This document shows positions 57,266 to 64,000 of a stretch of 64,000 bases of DNA, piece by piece; position 1 is the first letter of the stretch; every line of letters begins with the position of its first letter. The position numbers were made by a program, and so were the translations under genes. The DNA is from Bacteroidota bacterium (GTDB taxonomy: Bacteria; Bacteroidota; Bacteroidia; CAILMK01), in assembly GCA_036846145.1 (NCBI GenBank), contig DAIUCM010000001.1, positions 7,350-71,349 on the forward strand, written 5' to 3'. The notes under the pieces are model-generated. The model searched no databases. It was not told where the DNA came from and saw nothing but the letters and a program-made list of their open reading frames with translations.

Positions 57266-57269
57266 AAAC

Positions 57270-57530
57270 TTAGCTTGCCTGCCTGAAAACGGTTTGCTCA
57301 AGCTTGCGGATACGTTCTTCGAAATTGGTGAATTTTTCAAACTGATCTGATAACTTCATAACGGATTGGCGAAGTTCACCAATCGCGAGGTTGGTTTTGG
57401 ATTGCTGATCTACTATTTTGTCTAATCTTTCATCCGTTCTTTCCTGAGATCCTGCCATATCATTTCTCAACCCACGCAATTCGTGAAGCAAATCAGCCAT
57501 TAATTCTACCAATCTGTCATCTTTGCCCAT
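57270..57530 (-). CDS. hypothetical coiled-coil protein
   Basis: 86 aa. Heptad-like ...LVELMADLLHELRGLRNDMAGSQERTDERLDKIVDQQSKTNLAIGELRQSVMKLSDQFEKF... Confidence 0.4.
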   Translation of the reverse strand: MGKDDRLVELMADLLHELRGLRNDMAGSQERTDERLDKIVDQQSKTNLAIGELRQSVMKLSDQFEKFTNFEERIRKLEQTVFRQAS

Positions 57531-57551
57531 AACTCATCAGCGCTTTAAAAC

Positions 57552-58076
57552 TTAAAACAAATATAAAGATAAAAGTTTCTGTTTGAAATTGTGGTTTCCA
57601 TATGTGGTTTGGCTGGAAAATGCTTTCGTAATTTGTTGGCATTTGCTGGCGCGAGCTTGTAGCTCGTGCATCGTTCTATTGTAGTTGGCACGAGCTACAA
57701 GCTCGCGCCAGCGATTGGGCTCATTTAACCTAAGCGATCTTTTATTAATTTTAAATGTATCAAAGGCCAGGTTCAGAGTTAAATCCAATTTTTTAGCCCT
57801 ATTAATTATGCTATCAACTTGTATTGAATTACTTTTCAAAAAGGTTAAATTATTTCTTATTTCTCCATATAGTATTTTGTAAATCTTTTGGTTTTCTACT
57901 GGCATGAAGTACTCCGGATGTGAAAAATACTCTAATTGGCTGGTATTCAAGTTTTGTGTATATTCCGAAGAAATGCTGTCTGCAATTAGATTGAAATTAT
58001 TTCCGGAATTAGGATTTTTACAGCTCAGATTTGTAATTAGCACCAACAACAAGAATATTGAGAAAGATACTTTCAT
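57552..58076 (-). CDS. hypothetical lipoprotein whose 3' end runs through a repeat element
   Basis: Taken from the internal ATG (complement 58074-58076): MKVSFSIFLLLVLITNLSC-KNPN lipobox. The track's 58160 start is a TTG. The last ~55 codons are encoded by a CATATGTG...ATGCTTT motif copy plus a perfect 25-bp inverted repeat. Confidence 0.5.
   Translation of the reverse strand: MKVSFSIFLLLVLITNLSCKNPNSGNNFNLIADSISSEYTQNLNTSQLEYFSHPEYFMPVENQKIYKILYGEIRNNLTFLKSNSIQVDSIINRAKKLDLTLNLAFDTFKINKRSLRLNEPNRWRELVARANYNRTMHELQARASKCQQITKAFSSQTTYGNHNFKQKLLSLYLF
57645..57712. repeat. perfect 25-bp GC-rich inverted repeat with 18-nt loop
   Basis: GCTGGCGCGAGCTTGTAGCTCGTGC (57645-57669) / GCACGAGCTACAAGCTCGCGCCAGC (57688-57712). 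Exact reverse complements. Confidence 0.85.
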
Positions 58077-58191
58077 TAAGTAATAACGATTTTTCGGCAA
58101 GATAATATATGTAACAATAAAAATGCCCCAACGCTTTTGCGTTGAGGCATTTTCAATCAATGTTATATATGCGTACGGAGCGTGGATGATA

Positions 58192-59847
<1,656 letters not shown>

Positions 59848-59877
59848 TTAAGATTTTGTGGTTGAATTGGACTGGAA

Positions 59878-60159
59878 TTACTTGTTAACAACAGCTAAAA
59901 TGTCGCTCTCGCGCATAATAAGGTAATCTGCACCATCTACGCTGATCTCGGTCCCTGCATATTTGCCATAAAGAACCTCGTCGCCCGCTTTTACACTGGT
60001 AGGCTCGTCTTTTTTGCCGGGACCTGCCGCTACAACTGTACCGCGCATTGGTTTTTCTTTGGCAGTATCAGGAATAATAATTCCGCTTGCTGTTTTTTCT
60101 TCAGCTGCCGCTGGTTTTACCAGAACTCTGTCTGCTAATGGTTTTACACTTACTTCCAT
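59878..60159 (-). CDS. groS: co-chaperonin GroES
   Basis: 93 aa, ...[33 protein letters not shown]... Confidence 0.95.
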   Translation of the reverse strand: MEVSVKPLADRVLVKPAAAEEKTASGIIIPDTAKEKPMRGTVVAAGPGKKDEPTSVKAGDEVLYGKYAGTEISVDGADYLIMRESDILAVVNK

Positions 60160-60332
60160 TTTTATAAAAGTTTTTAGGTTTTAAATTTATTTACTCCGGC
60201 TTACTCTAAAGTTGTGCCAAAGGATTTTTAAGACATTTTTGCAAAGGATTGTGGAACTTTTGTCAGGTGGAACAATGAAAGAATGTAAGATTGAATGAAT
60301 GTAAGAATAAAATGACTGAATTTGCTTTCGCG

Positions 60333-60360
60333 CATATAAAGGGCGGCTTGAAAATGCTTT
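60333..60360 (+). repeat. bipartite motif copy upstream of groES
   Basis: gCATATAAAgggcggcttgaaaATGCTTTtt. Confidence 0.6.
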
Positions 60361-60663
60361 TTGTCTGAAATGTAATTTTTTTGATTTTGGTGGTTGATAT
60401 GATTTTTAAGTAATTAATGGGATATAAAATTGAAATTCGATAAAGGTTAGACCTGCAACTTCTTGAAAAAGTGGCAGGCCTGCGCGCTGAACTATTAGCT
60501 ACATACAAGTTATTTCATTTATAATCCCAATGCATTTTTCATCATTAATATATATGTAAACGAAATCAAACGAATATCAAAATCAAATAAAATCAAAGTT
60601 CTGACATGTATTTAAACCAGAATTAAAAAATTTGCGTTAGGCAAAAAGAAGGAGATAAAGATT

Positions 60664-61383
60664 ATGAGACTGAAAGAGAGCTGGCTTACGGATGGAATTA
60701 TAGATTTTGAATATAAAAAATACTTGTTGCTTGGTTATTTACAATCGGTAGAAAAAGATTTTACCAGCAACAAATTGTACCCAAGTTTAGGTGAGCTCAT
60801 TGCGCATTACCAGAATTTACAAACATTTATACAATGCAAGGAAGCAACAGAAAAAGCATTTCCGAAAGACCTGAAACAAATAGATCTGCAGAATTTCTTT
60901 TTGCGCTACCAGAAGGTTGTAGAAGACGATGAAGTAATGGCAGAAATTGAAAAGATACTCAACTTCAGCGTACCAAAAATAAAGCAAAGCCTGGAAGAAG
61001 GCCGCGAAATTTACGACTGGATTGAAGAACGTTTGAGTTTATGGCCTTTGGGTATTGTGCCATTACAGCAACAGGCAGGTTATCTTTTCATCCGCAATGG
61101 CGAGAAAGATAAAGAAACCAAAGTTTACGAATATCAATTAAGTTTTCTGCAGCAGGCCAATGATACTTATCGCGCCATACAAACACAATTTGTGAGTACA
61201 TATAGCACATCAATCATAAATACTTATGAAAGTATAAAATCTCAGGTTATAAAAACACAAAAGCTGCTTATTGCGCCTGCGGTTTATGTAGTTGAAAGTG
61301 AGCTGCAACTGCCTTTAACAGAAACCCTGTTACCTATCGCAAGACGAGCTTTGGTAAGGCATTTGACTACGAATGGGTTCTAA
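60664..61383 (+). CDS. hypothetical protein
   Basis: 239-aa ORF with good coding texture and no recognisable domain. Ends at a bidirectional terminator shared with secG. Confidence 0.5.
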   Translation: MRLKESWLTDGIIDFEYKKYLLLGYLQSVEKDFTSNKLYPSLGELIAHYQNLQTFIQCKEATEKAFPKDLKQIDLQNFFLRYQKVVEDDEVMAEIEKILNFSVPKIKQSLEEGREIYDWIEERLSLWPLGIVPLQQQAGYLFIRNGEKDKETKVYEYQLSFLQQANDTYRAIQTQFVSTYSTSIINTYESIKSQVIKTQKLLIAPAVYVVESELQLPLTETLLPIARRALVRHLTTNGF

Positions 61384-61427
61384 AGCATTTTTCGGCATTG
61401 CCATATATGCACAAAATAAATAAATAT

Positions 61428-61456
61428 AAAAAGCCGGGCTTAAAACCCGGCTTTAT
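61428..61456. terminator. bidirectional intrinsic terminator between convergent genes
   Basis: AAAAAGCCGGGCTTAAAACCCGGCTTTATTTT. GC stem AGCCGGG/CCCGGCT with A-run on one side and T-run on the other. Confidence 0.75.
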
Positions 61457-61482
61457 TTTATGTACAATTGTAAATCTCAGTT

Positions 61483-61839
61483 TTATCCCGCTGGTTGCTG
61501 GTCCGGAGCCGGAGTGTTACCGCCCGCTGGCAGCTGCTGACCTGCTGGAGGAGCGCTTACAGGAGCATTAAAATCTACACCTTCAGTTTTAAACCTTGTG
61601 CCGCCTTCTCCGTCAGGATCGGTAGTTAGGAAGTAGGTAAAAATAACTACCGCTAAAATACCGATGCCAAAATACCAGGTCGATTTCTCAAGAAAATCTG
61701 CCGTTTGGCGAGCGCCAAGGAACTGGGAAGCACCCGCACCCATATTACTTAATCCGCCGCCTTTTGGGTTTTGCGCAAGAATAATAATTACTAAAAGTGC
61801 ACAGGCAATAATAATTAGAATAAGTAAAAGTGTAAGCAT
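61483..61839 (-). CDS. secG: preprotein translocase subunit SecG
   Basis: 118 aa, MLTLLLILIIIACALLVIIILAQNPKGGGLSNMGAGASQFLGARQTADFLEK... plus Pro/Gln-rich tail. Confidence 0.85.
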   Translation of the reverse strand: MLTLLLILIIIACALLVIIILAQNPKGGGLSNMGAGASQFLGARQTADFLEKSTWYFGIGILAVVIFTYFLTTDPDGEGGTRFKTEGVDFNAPVSAPPAGQQLPAGGNTPAPDQQPAG

Positions 61840-61841
61840 GG

Positions 61842-63458
61842 CTAGGGCTTGGTGTTTATCTCGTTTATTTTAACTGCAAAGTAATTACTTTTTTGCGGAT
61901 ATTTACGCATTAACTGCTGAAAAATTTCTACAGCTTTTTCGTTCAGGCCCTGTTTGAGATAAATATTGGCTAAAGTTTCCGTTACCAGCGTTGTATCTTC
62001 CTCAGCGCTTCGTTCAGCAACATCCTGCGGGGTAAAGAATTTTGCAGGCTTGGGTTTTATCCTCGGTTCAGCCTGTATAAATTTTGAAATGATATTGTCA
62101 ACCTCATTGGGTTTCGGCTTACGTACAGGTTTCGGTTCCGGCTTTAGCAAGTCAATGGGTACAATGTTAGCAGGTTCTTTAACAGCAACTTCGGCAGTTT
62201 CAGCACTAACTGTATTTGCATCCTGCTGAGAAAGTGATTTCAGCCAATCGCCGAATTTTAATGGTGTTTTACCGGACTGTGTTTTGTTATCTGTTTCTAC
62301 TTTAAAACCGTTATGCTGAACTGGCTCAACAATAGTTGCTTCAGGCTCAGGTATAGTTACTGGATCTTGCAAAGGCGCTTTAACAGGCTTAAATTTCTCC
62401 TGGAAAGCAAAATAATCGTAAGCAGCAAGTGGTGGCAGATCTAATAAATCACTTTCTTTTCTTACTGATGATGATTTTTTGTCCTGGCAAACCTCTGCAT
62501 CCTCTGCTACAAACTGCTCGCCAATTTCATCAATATTTTGTTTTGCCTGGTCTTCTTCCGCTGGTTTACCCTCTGTTTCAAGTAATTCCAAAGTGCCAGG
62601 TTGTAACTCTTCAATATTCTCTTCCTCTGCAGGAATATTATTTTCTTCACCAGCTATTTGTTGAAACGCCTGGCCTTTGTGTTCTGCTTGCGTTTCAGCA
62701 TTATTTTCAATATTTAAAATACCTTCGGCTTCCTTATTTGTTTCTGCAACAGCCTCGTTAATATCAACCGCATTGTCTTCGGTTACAGCTTCCGATTCAG
62801 TAATTATCTCGTTTTCAGTAGCTTTCGTTTCTTCCCCCACTCCATCTGCTCCCGTTTTATATTCTTCTTTTACTAAAGATTCTGTATCAGCCCCAGAGCG
62901 TTCTTCTGAAATAGATGAACCAGAAACTATTTTTTCATTTTGAACAGCTTGGGTATCAGGTTCAGCTACATTTACAGTTTCTGCTACATTAATAACTGTT
63001 TCAGCTGCAGCATCATTTAAAATTACCTGTTCTTCGAATTCATCTTGTTCTTCAGGCAATGTTGGTTGATGTGATTCCAACGCAACTATTTTTTCAGGAA
63101 CATTTATATGGGCAAGCCCGGCAATTGATTCATTATCAGCCGGTTTATAAATTATTTCCTCTTGAAAACTTCCTGTTTGCTTATTACTTACCGCTGTTTC
63201 AGAAACGTTGTCAGCAATGGATAATGGCGTGTGAATAAAATTATAAAGCACTTCCCTATCGCCAATATAACCCGCGCTTAGCTTCAGGTACTTATCAAAA
63301 TAAATACTTTTCTGCTCAGATAACAGCTTGGTTAACAATACATATGGTGCTGAGAAATAGGGAAATTCCTCAATAAGCTCCTTAATTAGTGGAAGATCTT
63401 TCTCATGCTCCATGCGCAGCGGCTCACGAATAATATTTAATACGCGCTGCCTGTTCAT
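61842..63458 (-). CDS. hypothetical protein, acidic low-complexity middle, TPR-like C-terminus
   Basis: 538 aa. Conserved-looking N-terminal ~80 aa and C-terminal ...ETLANIYLKQGLNEKAVEIFQQLMRKYPQKSNYFAVKINEI... flank a long Glu-rich disordered region. Confidence 0.55.
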   Translation of the reverse strand: MNRQRVLNIIREPLRMEHEKDLPLIKELIEEFPYFSAPYVLLTKLLSEQKSIYFDKYLKLSAGYIGDREVLYNFIHTPLSIADNVSETAVSNKQTGSFQEEIIYKPADNESIAGLAHINVPEKIVALESHQPTLPEEQDEFEEQVILNDAAAETVINVAETVNVAEPDTQAVQNEKIVSGSSISEERSGADTESLVKEEYKTGADGVGEETKATENEIITESEAVTEDNAVDINEAVAETNKEAEGILNIENNAETQAEHKGQAFQQIAGEENNIPAEEENIEELQPGTLELLETEGKPAEEDQAKQNIDEIGEQFVAEDAEVCQDKKSSSVRKESDLLDLPPLAAYDYFAFQEKFKPVKAPLQDPVTIPEPEATIVEPVQHNGFKVETDNKTQSGKTPLKFGDWLKSLSQQDANTVSAETAEVAVKEPANIVPIDLLKPEPKPVRKPKPNEVDNIISKFIQAEPRIKPKPAKFFTPQDVAERSAEEDTTLVTETLANIYLKQGLNEKAVEIFQQLMRKYPQKSNYFAVKINEINTKP

Positions 63459-63970
63459 TACCAGTTATTTACAGATCGGTTAAAAATTTCCTGTATCAAT
63501 TTATCGCTAATCTCATCAATCAGCTGCGCTTCAACCTGCGATACCGAAACGGATGCATCAAAATCCGCGAACTGGCTGAAATCCTGCTCGAAATTCGCTT
63601 TAGGATCGAGCTTGTTTTCGAACCGCACATTTACAGTTATAGTAAGCCTGTTTAGCGTGGTTTGCGCATTGCCTTGTACCGCAGCCGGCGAAACTACATA
63701 ATTGGAGATAAAACCTGTATAATACAACTCGCCATCTGTTTGAACTTGCGTTAACCTTGTTTGTCTCAGGAACTTATCTCTGAGCTTCTCGGTAAAAACC
63801 TGGCTTAGTGTTGGATTAATTATGCTTGCCTTGTTGGGAAAATAATCGATTGTAACGGTTTTTGCGGTTATGGGGTTGGTGCCGGTAAACGAGTACGAGC
63901 AGCAGCCGGAAAAGCCCGTAACCAGTAAAATCCATATAAGGATACGCAGAAAAATGCTTCGGTTTTGCAT
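63458..63970 (-). CDS. LptE-like lipoprotein (putative LPS-assembly lipoprotein)
   Basis: 170 aa, lipobox ...LLVTGFSGC-CSYS. Position upstream of the secG neighbourhood is as in other Bacteroidota. Family assignment is tentative. Confidence 0.5.
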   Translation of the reverse strand: MQNRSIFLRILIWILLVTGFSGCCSYSFTGTNPITAKTVTIDYFPNKASIINPTLSQVFTEKLRDKFLRQTRLTQVQTDGELYYTGFISNYVVSPAAVQGNAQTTLNRLTITVNVRFENKLDPKANFEQDFSQFADFDASVSVSQVEAQLIDEISDKLIQEIFNRSVNNW

Positions 63971-64000
63971 CAGGCTTCTTCTAAATTATATTCTTTAATT

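Noticed and set aside
60160-60263. CIRCE (TTAGCACTC-N9-GAGTGCTAA) heat-shock operator upstream of groES
   Set aside because: No match to the CIRCE inverted repeat in the 500 bp upstream of groES. Only a motif copy and the GAATG-rich repeats are present.

Overview
This 64-kb window comes from a Bacteroidota chromosome. The family call (Sphingobacteriaceae or Chitinophagaceae) rests on several signs. There are no Shine-Dalgarno sequences. A DUF3467 gene sits between rpsL and rpoC. An rpsU / tyrosine recombinase / hpf / four tRNAs / tuf block is present. A T9SS sorting domain and WG-repeat proteins also occur.

The minus strand from 9997 to 44785 is almost entirely core translation and transcription machinery. 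In order it carries carA, the alpha operon (rplQ, rpoA, rpsD, rpsK, rpsM, rpmJ, infA), secY, the spc and S10 operons, fusA, rpsG, rpsL, the DUF3467 gene, rpoC, rpoB, rplL, rplJ, rplA, rplK, nusG, secE, tRNA-Trp, tuf, tRNA-Thr, tRNA-Gly, tRNA-Tyr, tRNA-Thr, hpf, a Xer-like recombinase, rpsU and an acyl-CoA dehydrogenase. Other housekeeping genes are sucA (partial), pabB, eno, ftsB, groES, groEL and secG.

The accessory content is as follows.
- A 4.2-kb AT-rich islet (3622-7650) is inserted at the 3' end of pabB and is bracketed by a 131-bp imperfect direct repeat of the pabB 3' end. It encodes a single-chain GmrSD-type nuclease (DUF262 + DUF1524), a wHTH-WYL regulator with an unusual C-terminal UVR-motif extension, and a phd/yefM-yoeB pair whose toxin is frameshifted.
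- Three tandem secreted thioredoxin-fold paralogs occur. One carries CXXC and two carry CXXS.
- A block of secreted and outer-membrane hypothetical proteins lies at 48-58 kb.

The most striking sequence-level signal is a bipartite motif, CATATATG-N13-ATGCTTT. Its fuller form is CATATATG GnTTTGCTGAAAA ATGCTTT. It recurs about 27 times with rigid spacing, on both strands, and is almost confined to intergenic DNA. It is often next to GC-rich inverted repeats, and in one place two inverted copies form a terminator hairpin. I cannot assign it to any known promoter, terminator or repeat family. No CRISPR array, rRNA or transposase is present.
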